Positions 30,000 to 39,684 of a stretch of 64,000 bases of DNA are shown in pieces. The notes beneath the pieces were generated by a model. That model was given only the letters and a program-made list of their open reading frames with translations. It made no database searches and was not told the DNA's origin. Origin of the DNA: a virus; IMG/VR virus record IMGVR_UViG_3300023179_000071, positions 17,877 through 81,876 of that record. The stretch is one strand, 5' to 3'. Positions within the stretch are counted from its first letter, which is position 1, and each line of letters opens with the position of its first letter. The translations under genes were made by a program, and so were the position numbers.

Positions 30000-30739
30000 A
30001 GAAACTTAGGATTTTGTTGCAATATTGCAGGGATCATCCAGTAGGATACTATTTGTGGATATAGGGTTAAGATATAATTATACTCCCAATCTATTGGGGT
30101 AGCAAATTTATGTTCCATGAATTTTTCAGCTATAAATTTAGCGATATGATTTTTTATCAGAATACAATCAGCATATCTAGATCGAGGTATTTCTATATAT
30201 CTCTCATTAATAATTTTAGGTTCCGTAGAAAATATTGACGGCATCAATATAGACCTCTGTTGCAATATAACAGAAAGATCGAATCCCGAGACATTTCTAA
30301 AAGTTGAATCGAGAGATTTCTTTCCTGATGATATCCAGAGCAAATCAGCATCGTTTGGTAAGTTTTTATTTAATTCTTGTAGATCATTTTCTATAGTAGA
30401 CTTATTAGGGATATAAATATCATCTTCACATATCATTGACCATTGATTTGGATCTGGATTCTGAGCAATTTTTTCCAGAGCTGTTAGATGATTTAAGCAA
30501 ACACACAAGGCTCTATCTGGTATATATCCTTCTGTATAGTTTAGTTTTGCAATTCTATCTGATGCATTAGTGCTATATTTAGATCGATCACTATCTGACA
30601 ATTCTCTATAATCGTATTTGTATATACGATCTATGCTATTAAAAAAAACAAAGCGAGTCAGGATTTCTAACTCGCCTTGTAATTCGATATATCTATCTGA
30701 TTTATCATCAGCGATAATACATAACTGATCTAAATTCAC
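29996..30739 (-). CDS. Glycosyltransferase, GT25-like
   Basis: DR(Y) N-terminal motif, CLNHLTALEKI, MICEDD, PIDW. Confidence 0.7.
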   Translation of the reverse strand: MNLDQLCIIADDKSDRYIELQGELEILTRFVFFNSIDRIYKYDYRELSDSDRSKYSTNASDRIAKLNYTEGYIPDRALCVCLNHLTALEKIAQNPDPNQWSMICEDDIYIPNKSTIENDLQELNKNLPNDADLLWISSGKKSLDSTFRNVSGFDLSVILQQRSILMPSIFSTEPKIINERYIEIPRSRYADCILIKNHIAKFIAEKFMEHKFATPIDWEYNYILTLYPQIVSYWMIPAILQQNPKFL

Positions 30740-31083
30740 TTCTTTTTAGAATCCTTTTCTGACTTCTCATCCTTAGTCCACTTATGCCATCCCTTATTAG
30801 GCAGATAGTTACCATCGTCATCCTTGCGCTTGGGAAATAGCGTACCACCCTTTTTATGCTGACCGAATGCTAGAACAGCACCACAATCACCACATCTTAA
30901 TTCGAAATAGTCATTTCCTTCAACATTTCGAACAATAAACTTAATATTAGTACTACCACACAATCCGCACTTTTCTTCACCGAAAATTTCTTGTATGGAA
31001 GCTAGTTCCTTGAATACTTCCTTTTGACCAGCGCCTTCAACCTCAAACTCTAATCGGTCACCAACTTTATATCTTAATTTCAT
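30736..31083 (-). CDS. Zinc-ribbon protein
   Basis: CGLC...CGDC; start/stop overlaps on both sides. Confidence 0.7.
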   Translation of the reverse strand: MKLRYKVGDRLEFEVEGAGQKEVFKELASIQEIFGEEKCGLCGSTNIKFIVRNVEGNDYFELRCGDCGAVLAFGQHKKGGTLFPKRKDDDGNYLPNKGWHKWTKDEKSEKDSKKK

Positions 31084-31808
31084 GATTCACCTTTCCATGT
31101 ATCGGAGTAGCCTTTGAATTCTGACGGAATAGCCTCAAGGTTTTGTTGTAACTTTGATAGCTCTCTAATAATAGAGATACCATCAGGATAGTCAATATTC
31201 CTAATATTCTTTTCTTCCATACCAAGACTAGCTACTACTTTTAATGGATTAATATCTATTCTTTTAGCAATTACATCTATAAAATTGATCTGATTGGGAG
31301 TAATCTTAGAAACGGTATTACCGTCAGGATCATCTTCTATAGTTGACGATATTTCTTCTGCTGCTACAACTTTGCGCAGTTTTAATGCTCGTCTTAAAGC
31401 TCGGCCTTCTGCCCGTGTTTCTGCCACGGCTACCGGATGGTTGCGATATACCTTATCGCAGTTACCCCAGTAAACGTCCGCAGAGCCATCCACGGTCTGG
31501 ATATTAAAACCTTCCGGGTCGGCCTGTTCTGGATTTAAACGATAGGTAAGAGAATGCACCACCGTGGCCCTTTTTTCATTATCTGGACTTGGAGACTGGA
31601 CTACCGTGGAGGTTGATGACATTAACCTACAGTTTAAGGCCACTTCAAAAATTCGCCTCAAACCATCTGTTGTGGGATTACCAGCGATTTTTTCATCATC
31701 GGATAAAAGAGTTAAAACATGATCTGTCCATTCTAGATCATTAGGAGTAGGATTTCTTTTAGTAACAGTATCCATTTCGTTTTCGGCGGTGTTCTTACTT
31801 TTTGTCAT
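31080..31808 (-). CDS. Putative Rad52/Sak-like single-strand annealing protein
   Basis: AVAETRAEGRALRRAL helix motif and C-terminal ITPNQINFI; ATG at 31808 follows AGGAGA. Confidence 0.5.
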   Translation of the reverse strand: MTKSKNTAENEMDTVTKRNPTPNDLEWTDHVLTLLSDDEKIAGNPTTDGLRRIFEVALNCRLMSSTSTVVQSPSPDNEKRATVVHSLTYRLNPEQADPEGFNIQTVDGSADVYWGNCDKVYRNHPVAVAETRAEGRALRRALKLRKVVAAEEISSTIEDDPDGNTVSKITPNQINFIDVIAKRIDINPLKVVASLGMEEKNIRNIDYPDGISIIRELSKLQQNLEAIPSEFKGYSDTWKGES

Positions 31809-31813
31809 AAAAT

Positions 31814-32608
31814 TCAATCTCCTATTTCTATAATATTGTCCTGAATAATTTTGCTACTGATCTTTTCTATAGTAGATATAATATTTTCCAAAATAAGAGA
31901 TGAGCGAGCTTTAGAAAAATCATGACATTGCTTGATTCTTATCAGCTTTATCCCTTTTCCAAGTAATAGTCCTGTTTTTTTAGAATCGTATGATTGATTT
32001 CTTTGTAGAGCATCCTGACCCCATACTGGCTCAAAATGAGATGGCCCATCAATCTCTATTGCTATGTTATGTGATGGCAGGAAAATGTCGAGTTGTAATT
32101 TTGTATTTGATAGGAATTGTTCTTTGTGAAAATCTACTCTGTATCCATTGTGCAATAGGCCATTGAGGATAAATTTTTCTAGCTTAGATCCTTCTTTACT
32201 AGATCGTCTAACAGCGTCAATAGCCTTCTTTTGCATTAATTGTTTTTGGTCTTCTGATAGATTATCCCACTGTTGTTTAGCTTGTAAAACTCTATTCTGT
32301 TTTTCTGTTTGAGATAATTCATTCCAGCTATTCATAACCCCAAGTCCTATTTTCATAGTTGTTTGTTGGTCTCTTTGAGTGCCCTTGGTTGGATGTTTAT
32401 GTTTACCAGTTTTTAAAGCATTTTTCTGAGCATTACTTTTATCCCTTAGGGATATATTAAATTTTTTAGCGTCTCTTCTAATTTTATTAGGATATGTTTG
32501 GAGTTTTTCAGCTACATCTCCCAGACTCATTTTTTTATTTACATATAAATCTAGGATAATTCTTTTCTTTTCAGAATCAGATAATTTATTATAGTTTAAT
32601 ATGCTCAT
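31814..32608 (-). CDS. Free-standing endonuclease: HTH + NUMOD-like helices + Vsr/DUF559-type nuclease domain
   Basis: MSLGDVAEKL (HTH); SKLEKFI..LDIFLPSHNIAIEIDGPSH..GIKLIRI. Confidence 0.75.
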   Translation of the reverse strand: MSILNYNKLSDSEKKRIILDLYVNKKMSLGDVAEKLQTYPNKIRRDAKKFNISLRDKSNAQKNALKTGKHKHPTKGTQRDQQTTMKIGLGVMNSWNELSQTEKQNRVLQAKQQWDNLSEDQKQLMQKKAIDAVRRSSKEGSKLEKFILNGLLHNGYRVDFHKEQFLSNTKLQLDIFLPSHNIAIEIDGPSHFEPVWGQDALQRNQSYDSKKTGLLLGKGIKLIRIKQCHDFSKARSSLILENIISTIEKISSKIIQDNIIEIGD

Positions 32609-33086
32609 ATATGCTTTCTGGAGTATTATCTGGTAATAATATTGATGGTTTCCAACAAATATCTAATAGTGGCTTAAAATCTTTGACAGTAGTACATAAT
32701 ATGTCGTTATTTTCTACATAGTATTTATGTAGCTCATTATGTCTTGTTAGCCTTAGGGTCAGATTATCTTTTGGTTGATTATTAATAGTTTCTGTCCATT
32801 CGGGAGCATTACATATAAAGATTTTTTGTTTTGATATGCAGTCAGATACAAAAATCATATCTTTTAGAGTAAAACAAATCAAAGGTCCCTTAAAATACTT
32901 AGCTTCATTAATATGCAGCGTTGCAAAACTATTAAATGATGTTATATTACTAAAGTAATAGGTATTGAAAAGTATATGATCTAAAAATGGCGCAGCTATA
33001 CTAAGTCTGTTTATAGTATCCAGTATAAATTTGGATTGCTGATCATTTTCTATATTTAGTGCTACAAATCCTATTGTTTTGTTCAT
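32589..33086 (-). CDS. Hypothetical protein (possibly GT-B fragment-like)
   Basis: Coupled ORF in the glycosylation operon. Confidence 0.5.
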   Translation of the reverse strand: MNKTIGFVALNIENDQQSKFILDTINRLSIAAPFLDHILFNTYYFSNITSFNSFATLHINEAKYFKGPLICFTLKDMIFVSDCISKQKIFICNAPEWTETINNQPKDNLTLRLTRHNELHKYYVENNDILCTTVKDFKPLLDICWKPSILLPDNTPESIYEHIKL

Positions 33087-33883
33087 AGTAAATTTTTCTC
33101 TATAAAATTCTTATACGAGTTATTTTTAATATCCTGAATACTAAGAGATGGCTTGGGTAGATTGTTTATATTTTCTAGATTTTCTTTTGTAATCTGTGTT
33201 TTTTTAATCCAGTTGTTGCTTTCTGCTGTCAATACTGGTTTGTCTAGCATAAGAGCATAGCCCAAAAAACTATTATTCAGAGCAAGAAATACTCTACAAT
33301 TATTAATAAGCTCTATAAAAACAATATCGTCTATAAATCCTAAATTTTGCGGATGAGATATATTGAGACCATCGAACATCTTGATATTAAGTGTTGTGTT
33401 AGGATATAATAGATTCTCTAATTCCAAAGGTATCTTTTCAATACCGCTTAGATGAGTTAATATATCGATATTCGGTATGTCTTTTTTCTTATTATATGCA
33501 TTCAATAAATATTCACTATAATAGTTATCTAATTTAATAGTGCTCGGCTTTACATTTTTAATATCAGCACAATCCTTATTATGTACCAAACACTTGATAC
33601 CCCTATTAGAGGCATCATTATACAGTGACTTATTCATTCTATCAAAATATAGGAAAATATTCTGAGGATGCTCGGTCTCTTGCATAAATCCTATGGTTTC
33701 TGAATTTATACTAGATGAGCAAAATACATACTTATGATTTTTTCTTTCTGTCTCACTATCCGAATAGTAGCTATCGTATAGGTTGCTATGGCTATATTGC
33801 TCTACCTCTCCATATGCTATCAAATCATAGGCGAGATGATGTACTACTTTAGTAAGAGTTGTAAATTCTAATGTAAATTTCAT
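33083..33883 (-). CDS. Hypothetical, GT-B C-terminal-like protein
   Basis: NLGFID..ELINNCRVFL...YALMLDKPVL resembles the GT-B donor-binding end. Confidence 0.5.
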   Translation of the reverse strand: MKFTLEFTTLTKVVHHLAYDLIAYGEVEQYSHSNLYDSYYSDSETERKNHKYVFCSSSINSETIGFMQETEHPQNIFLYFDRMNKSLYNDASNRGIKCLVHNKDCADIKNVKPSTIKLDNYYSEYLLNAYNKKKDIPNIDILTHLSGIEKIPLELENLLYPNTTLNIKMFDGLNISHPQNLGFIDDIVFIELINNCRVFLALNNSFLGYALMLDKPVLTAESNNWIKKTQITKENLENINNLPKPSLSIQDIKNNSYKNFIEKNLL

Positions 33884-33884
33884 T

Positions 33885-34562
33885 TTATTTATGATTGACT
33901 GTAATGAGTGAGTTATTGTAAATATATGTATTACTAGTGGGATATAAACTTAATAGCAGATTGATACTTTCAAAAAATAACATATTAGTATTTGCATCTA
34001 TAATATTTAGTAATGATGTTTTTGCCTCTGGTTGAAGCATAAATATTTCTGACCATTTGGGACTTAGCTCGTAGCATAAATATTCCACTTTGCCATTATG
34101 GTGAGTACATCCTATTTTGAAAAACTTATTAGTACAATTTTTGATACAAAAAATATGGTTAGTATTATTGTTGCATTGTTGAAAAATATTTTTACGCAAT
34201 ATGGTATAATTACTAATTATAATTGTTGGGTAGTTATTGTCAATTTGTTTTAGGGCTAATCCTATTGCATACGACTGGCCATATGTTTCATAATGATCAT
34301 TATCTATAATCTTAATATCATTGCCAAAATTGATTTTTTTCTTAACTTTATCCTTATCAAAACCCAGTACTATGTTAATTGATGCTATCTTTTTAATATG
34401 TTTTCGTATACTATGTAATTGATGTTTTATTAGCGTATCGCTATGGTTATCTATCTTAATAGGCATTAAACTTTTGGATCCAATTGATTTCATGCCTTTA
34501 GTAATTTCATAAGCTAATAATATAACATTATAGTAATTATATGTAGATGATATTTTTTTCAT
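33885..34562 (-). CDS. NTP-transferase (LicC/MobA-like) fold protein, possibly degenerate
   Basis: VILLA..TKGMKSIGSKSLMPI...IVLGF...NDHYETYGQSYAI. Confidence 0.65.
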   Translation of the reverse strand: MKKISSTYNYYNVILLAYEITKGMKSIGSKSLMPIKIDNHSDTLIKHQLHSIRKHIKKIASINIVLGFDKDKVKKKINFGNDIKIIDNDHYETYGQSYAIGLALKQIDNNYPTIIISNYTILRKNIFQQCNNNTNHIFCIKNCTNKFFKIGCTHHNGKVEYLCYELSPKWSEIFMLQPEAKTSLLNIIDANTNMLFFESINLLLSLYPTSNTYIYNNSLITVNHK

Positions 34563-35067
34563 TATCTACTAGTTTGTTAATCAGTGGCTCGTCATTATTT
34601 TTATTTAGAATCATGTGTGTAGAAAAAGGAATAACCAACCCACAGTATGGATCGTCTTTTTTCATTATGCTGTCTATATTTTTTATAGATGCAAATAATG
34701 GCGTTATCTTTTCTATATAATCTTGTTCACAATCAGATATGCTGTCATAAACAATATAATGCGTTGTGCTATTTTTTCTAATATTAGTATCCAACACAAC
34801 ATCTATACTTTCTGTAAAAGGATATTGAGGTAATGTGATCTCATGTATTTTCCATGGATACTTTTTATCTATTTCTTTGATATACTCCAATAATCCTACA
34901 AAATCATAATCGTATTCTGGCTTGTATACTAAAGAACAGAACCCAATAGGCCCGTCATAATTTAATACTTCTTTGATTTTTTCTTTATCAAATTTGTCAA
35001 CAAATATGATATAGTAATAACTATTATTGAGTTCTTTGGATGGTAATTTTAGTGGAGTATCCGTCAT
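34537..35067 (-). CDS. Hypothetical protein
   Basis: Overlapping ORF in the operon. Confidence 0.5.
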   Translation of the reverse strand: MTDTPLKLPSKELNNSYYYIIFVDKFDKEKIKEVLNYDGPIGFCSLVYKPEYDYDFVGLLEYIKEIDKKYPWKIHEITLPQYPFTESIDVVLDTNIRKNSTTHYIVYDSISDCEQDYIEKITPLFASIKNIDSIMKKDDPYCGLVIPFSTHMILNKNNDEPLINKLVDNEKNIIYI

Positions 35068-35437
35068 ATATAACCTGCTTTATTGAGAGATTGTGTCTTG
35101 ATAAGATATCGCTTAAATCTTTTTCAAAGAAAAAGCATTTTTTATTCGATAGTGTTTTATTTACGTCTTCAATAGATATTTTATTATATCCAATATCATT
35201 GTAAACTTTATCAAAATTAATAAATTCTAAACACATTATACCGCTATTTATTTTTATCTTTCTACTGAGGCCACCAACAATAGGATCTAATTCTGTCGCA
35301 TTAGTTGTATTTAGCTCATTAAATGATAGCACATCACAAGATCCATTAGGAACCGATGATATTTGTTCGATGCTTACATTATTCGCTCCTGTAATCTTAG
35401 AATCACTATTTATATATGTATGAATATGCTTTGTCAT
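35024..35437 (-). CDS. Truncated methyltransferase-like fold protein
   Basis: VPNGSCDVL...LSRKIKINSGIMCLEF resembles SAM-MTase motifs IV-VI; motif I is absent. Confidence 0.45.
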   Translation of the reverse strand: MTKHIHTYINSDSKITGANNVSIEQISSVPNGSCDVLSFNELNTTNATELDPIVGGLSRKIKINSGIMCLEFINFDKVYNDIGYNKISIEDVNKTLSNKKCFFFEKDLSDILSRHNLSIKQVIYDGYSTKITIQRTQ

Positions 35438-36351
35438 TTTCTAACCTTCTGTGTTACTGTTGATAATACATCACGAATATCTGATTGAGCTTTATCAAAA
35501 TTATTATCTAATAGCATTTTATTTTTTTCCATACTAATCTTACTAAACGTTTGACTATAATTGCTAAGTAAAGGCTGGACACCCTTAATAATCTGTTCTA
35601 TGTTTGAAATATTATGAATCAGTCCGGGATATTGTATGCTTCTATTGTCGCTAGTGAATAATATATTACAAAAACACATAGCATATTTTGTTTCTATAAT
35701 AGACAAAGGATCTACTGAAAAAATAATTTTTGTTTCAGAAAAAGCTTTGTATATATACTCATTAGTACTATCTGGTTGAATAATTTGTATTTTTATATTA
35801 GGCAGAGAAGTCTGTATGGTGGCCAATATCTGCTCTATTTTTAGAGGATCATTACTGTTCTGTAGAATTCCTATATCTATTGTTTTGGTTTTTTCGCTAA
35901 TATTACTGGATACAAAATCATCCCGTAGAGATGGTTGTATAAGGTGTGTTTTAAGTATTCCTAGTTCTTGTGTCAATTTATGATGACTAATTTGATCATA
36001 GCATAGAAAAGTCATATGACGACATTTTTGTAATACCTGTGCATTAGTTGTTAATAAATTTGTTATATTTATAACTCCTGGTAAATGCATATGATCTAAA
36101 TGTTTAGCTATTTCTACGGAGCCTATCCAACAATCATAATATATAGGAGGAGCATTAATTTCAGGAATAACAAAAGCGTTTCCTGGTCTATTACCACTTT
36201 CCGCAGGTGGCATTATTACTAATAAATTATTTTGATCTAATAAATTATCAATATAATTATCTATAATAGAATTATATGGTTGATAAGCAACATTAATACT
36301 ATCTGATACTGCTCGTTGTATTGTAGATCCTACATTATATCCAAAGAACAT
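35434..36351 (-). CDS. Divergent GT-B-like protein
   Basis: KTIDIGIL..YKAFSETKIIF..ETKYAMCF; lies next to two GT4 genes. Confidence 0.45.
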   Translation of the reverse strand: MFFGYNVGSTIQRAVSDSINVAYQPYNSIIDNYIDNLLDQNNLLVIMPPAESGNRPGNAFVIPEINAPPIYYDCWIGSVEIAKHLDHMHLPGVINITNLLTTNAQVLQKCRHMTFLCYDQISHHKLTQELGILKTHLIQPSLRDDFVSSNISEKTKTIDIGILQNSNDPLKIEQILATIQTSLPNIKIQIIQPDSTNEYIYKAFSETKIIFSVDPLSIIETKYAMCFCNILFTSDNRSIQYPGLIHNISNIEQIIKGVQPLLSNYSQTFSKISMEKNKMLLDNNFDKAQSDIRDVLSTVTQKVRK

Positions 36352-37496
36352 AATTGTTCTCCTATGCTAGCAATAGAAAATTTATTACTATATGCTTTTA
36401 TATTTTCTGATAATTTATTACGCTCATTAGTAGATAAATTTTGATGGTGATTAAATGCATGACGTAAAGTTTGTCTTATATCTAGTATAGTGGGCTCGGC
36501 AGATAGCTCTAACTCGCATTCGTGATCTAGTCTAATATTTGCGGGATTAGCTTCCGAAATTTCTAATCTAGATGGAATAATTAGTCCTGCAATATTAGTG
36601 TCTATCAGCTCTGATGCTCCGGTGTTTTCTACCGCTATAGGATATTTTCCAAGACACAATGCTTCGGCTAATGGCCTACAGAAAGCTTCTCCTTTAGATG
36701 GACAGACAAATATATCGCATGAATGATGTAGTCTAATAAGATTATTTCTATCAAGATTATCTGCTATAAGTATCAGATTGGGAGTTAATGTTCTATTATA
36801 TTTATTTCTACCAATTGTTTCATTCACACCAGAGATAATGGCCTCTCTTCTTGAGTTATCCATTTTATCGGTTTTGATAACTAGAAGTGCTTTTTCTCTG
36901 GATTGAAACTCATAATTAAAAGCTAGTATCAGATTAATAATATTTTTACGAGGAATAAATGAACCAATAAAATAAAACTTAGTAAAATCTTTATATTTAG
37001 AAGATAATGATAGCATATCCATGGAATCATTATTAATGGATGATTCTATGATATTAATTTCTTTTGTATTTATCGGTTGAGATACGCTATGAATAGGTGT
37101 CTTGACTCCGCTATCGTGTAGTGTTTTTTGTTCTAGTAATGATGGCACACATACATGATCCATGCGATTAAAGATCTGTTTGATATATGCAGAATGAGCC
37201 AAATTAGTTTGTTCAAAAACGCAAAATGCAATATTTTTATATGGATATATAGGACATATGGCTTGGGGCAATGCTTTTTGAATAATAATATCTATATTAG
37301 ATAAACTCTTTTCCTCATAAGTTTTTAGATCATCTTCCAAAACCCTGTCTACGCTATTTGATAGAAAAATTGGTCTAGCCTGTAGATTATGGCCTAACTT
37401 ATTAGTTGCATATGCTAAAGATCGTAGATAGTCTTTTGACGCAGCTCCCCATCCATCGTTTTGTCTATAAGGGGCAACATATAGTATATTGCTCAT
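36330..37496 (-). CDS. Glycosyltransferase family 4 (GT-B)
   Basis: FYFIGSFIPRKN; CDIFVCPSKGEAFCRPLAEA (EX7E). Confidence 0.9.
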   Translation of the reverse strand: MSNILYVAPYRQNDGWGAASKDYLRSLAYATNKLGHNLQARPIFLSNSVDRVLEDDLKTYEEKSLSNIDIIIQKALPQAICPIYPYKNIAFCVFEQTNLAHSAYIKQIFNRMDHVCVPSLLEQKTLHDSGVKTPIHSVSQPINTKEINIIESSINNDSMDMLSLSSKYKDFTKFYFIGSFIPRKNIINLILAFNYEFQSREKALLVIKTDKMDNSRREAIISGVNETIGRNKYNRTLTPNLILIADNLDRNNLIRLHHSCDIFVCPSKGEAFCRPLAEALCLGKYPIAVENTGASELIDTNIAGLIIPSRLEISEANPANIRLDHECELELSAEPTILDIRQTLRHAFNHHQNLSTNERNKLSENIKAYSNKFSIASIGEQLCSLDIM

Positions 37497-39157
37497 GAGG
37501 GCTCCCTCTCATTTGCGTATCTGATATAGTCCTCGCTATTAAGAACTGCTTTATTTGACATAGCATATTTGATAAGATTTTGATTTTCAATATACTTATT
37601 ATATATCTCAATTAGATTTTGAAAATCAAACTTTTTAATATTCATTCCATTAATAGTAAATCCGTAATCACTAGACTTTAGTAAATTCAATGTCATCATA
37701 TTATTTAATAGAGCTGGGTTCCCAATTCTGTCCGCACAAACATATCTCATAGCTTCGTATGACTTATTAAATTGCTTGAATTCATTGATATCTAGTTTCG
37801 ATAAATAGTTCGATGGAATATTACCCCAGTGATTTCTATTGGGATTAGCTAAAATCTGATCGAATACTTTCATCCATGTGTTAGCTGTTTTATCCCAGTT
37901 GAAATTTTTCTCTGTTAATTCTCTTACTTTTATTTTTATAGATTTTTTATCTTCTTTATCTAGATGTAAATAATTCCATAAATAATATATTAGTTGATTA
38001 TTATCTGGATAAACCCTATATGCCTCTGTTTCTAACTCTTTAAAAAATGTTTGTGGTTGTACTGGATATCCTTCAAGAATTTTAACAATATCCGACATAG
38101 CACTATAATTAACAGAAACAATAGGAATACCACACGCACCGGCTTCTACCTGAGGCATTCCAAAACCCTCACAAATAGCATACTGTACATAAATATCAAA
38201 TGTATTGTATACAGAATTTAATTGGTCAGATGTTATGCCATCGGCTACAGATGGAAATGTAGCTGTTTTTTGACCGCAATGAGGGCACTGTTTTATAGAG
38301 TGAGTAAAGGTATGAGCATGAATCTTGGAACAACTTTTGCAGAAGTATGTGAATAGTACTCTTTTGCCCATATTATTTTCTTTGAGAATATTGGGCAGAT
38401 TCCATCCTGCGTCTGGATAACTGGTATGCAGATACAAATAAACATCTTTGCCTAGATCTTTATTTTGCATTTCAAGCTTATCTAAGAGTAATCTGATAGA
38501 TTGTATTAACTCCGGGATCAGCTTTCTTTTTTGATTTCTCATTACAGAGCCTATTATTTGCATTGATTCTGGCAAATTGAGCGTCTGTCTTGCTACTTCT
38601 GATCCTATGGGGCGGAATGTTTTCATATCTACCGCCGGAGATGCAGATCCTTCGTATTTGATTTTATTATTAGTTTGGTTCATTAAAACGCTGCCACCCC
38701 AATCAGAATAAGATAATACAGCGTCAGCATTCATATATACATCTAACCACTCCTCTTGTTGTGGTTGAGAATCGACAGTTGGCATTACCACCCAACTATA
38801 AAAAGGTCTGAGAACAGAAAACTTTTGATAAGCGTTCATCCAGAAATCCCTAATATCGAATACAATATCAGGCATAAAATCTAGAGCTACTCTTTCAAAT
38901 CTCCACTTACCAAATGCATTTTCTCCGTTGCTATTATATTCTTGATATCGAGGATCATTTTCCTTTACTGCATTTGGATAGTATTTCCATGGAATATTTC
39001 TATCTCTAGGATCTCCAAGAATACCATAAGAAGCAAATTCCGCTACCTCATACTTTCCAGAATCGTGCAATCTGGTTAGAAGCTCTTTTGCATAAGTGCT
39101 ATATCCCGAATGCAAAAAGCTAGCTTCGGAACACATTAAAATTTTGGGTTTTGGCAT
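37493..39157 (-). CDS. Glycosyltransferase family 4 with inserted CxxC...CxxC zinc finger
   Basis: SGYSTY, RNQKRK, FDIYVQYAICEGFGMPQVEA (EX7E); CKSC...CPHC. Confidence 0.9.
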   Translation of the reverse strand: MPKPKILMCSEASFLHSGYSTYAKELLTRLHDSGKYEVAEFASYGILGDPRDRNIPWKYYPNAVKENDPRYQEYNSNGENAFGKWRFERVALDFMPDIVFDIRDFWMNAYQKFSVLRPFYSWVVMPTVDSQPQQEEWLDVYMNADAVLSYSDWGGSVLMNQTNNKIKYEGSASPAVDMKTFRPIGSEVARQTLNLPESMQIIGSVMRNQKRKLIPELIQSIRLLLDKLEMQNKDLGKDVYLYLHTSYPDAGWNLPNILKENNMGKRVLFTYFCKSCSKIHAHTFTHSIKQCPHCGQKTATFPSVADGITSDQLNSVYNTFDIYVQYAICEGFGMPQVEAGACGIPIVSVNYSAMSDIVKILEGYPVQPQTFFKELETEAYRVYPDNNQLIYYLWNYLHLDKEDKKSIKIKVRELTEKNFNWDKTANTWMKVFDQILANPNRNHWGNIPSNYLSKLDINEFKQFNKSYEAMRYVCADRIGNPALLNNMMTLNLLKSSDYGFTINGMNIKKFDFQNLIEIYNKYIENQNLIKYAMSNKAVLNSEDYIRYANEREPS

Positions 39158-39169
39158 AAGTCCTGTCCT

Positions 39170-39206
39170 AAAACAAAGGAGGAAGGGGACTCTCGTCCCC
39201 TATCCT
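39170..39206 (-). terminator. Rho-independent terminator downstream of ssb
   Basis: Minus strand: AGGA-T-AGGGGAC-GAGA-GTCCCCT-TCCT then CCTTTGTTTT (GNRA loop, imperfect U-tract). Confidence 0.7.
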
Positions 39207-39227
39207 AGCTTCTAAAGAATCACTTAA

Positions 39228-39614
39228 TCAAAATGCAACTGTCTCTTCTTCTTCTTCCTCTGAAGAAGCGTTTGCTACCTTCTTGGAAATCTTTGTGATC
39301 TTGGAAAAATTATTAACTCTAACCTTTAGAGTGCTATGCTTTACGCCGTCCTTTTCCCACGAGTCATTACGAAGGGTTCCTTCTACTAGAACCAGATCAC
39401 CCTTCTTGAAAGATGCAGCAATAGTTTCTGCACCACTATCCCACGCTTCACAAGAGATAAAGGAAGTTACTTTGTCCTTGCTTCCGTTTGCCCTGCTAAA
39501 TTCTCTAGAAACAGCAACAGTAAAGTTGACAACAGCAGTCTTCTTTTCTGATACTGTGATATGTCTTAATTCAGGATCCCTTGTTAGATTTCCTCTCAAA
39601 ATTACAATATTCAT
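39228..39614 (-). CDS. ssb: Single-stranded DNA-binding protein
   Basis: MNIVILRGNLTRDPELR..KKGDLVLVEG.L...W; acidic tail EEEEEETVAF; ATG at 39614 follows AGGAGA. Confidence 0.95.
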   Translation of the reverse strand: MNIVILRGNLTRDPELRHITVSEKKTAVVNFTVAVSREFSRANGSKDKVTSFISCEAWDSGAETIAASFKKGDLVLVEGTLRNDSWEKDGVKHSTLKVRVNNFSKITKISKKVANASSEEEEEETVAF

Positions 39615-39656
39615 ATTCAATCTCCTAAAGTCAAAAAGTAAACCGACCACAGCGTT

Positions 39657-39684
39657 ATTATAACTGGGGCTCCTACAGTGTCAA
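39657..39684 (-). promoter_or_regulatory. Sigma70-type promoter for ssb
   Basis: Perfect TTGACA-16 nt-TATAAT on the minus strand; the -35 overlaps the dnaE-C stop codon. Confidence 0.8.
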
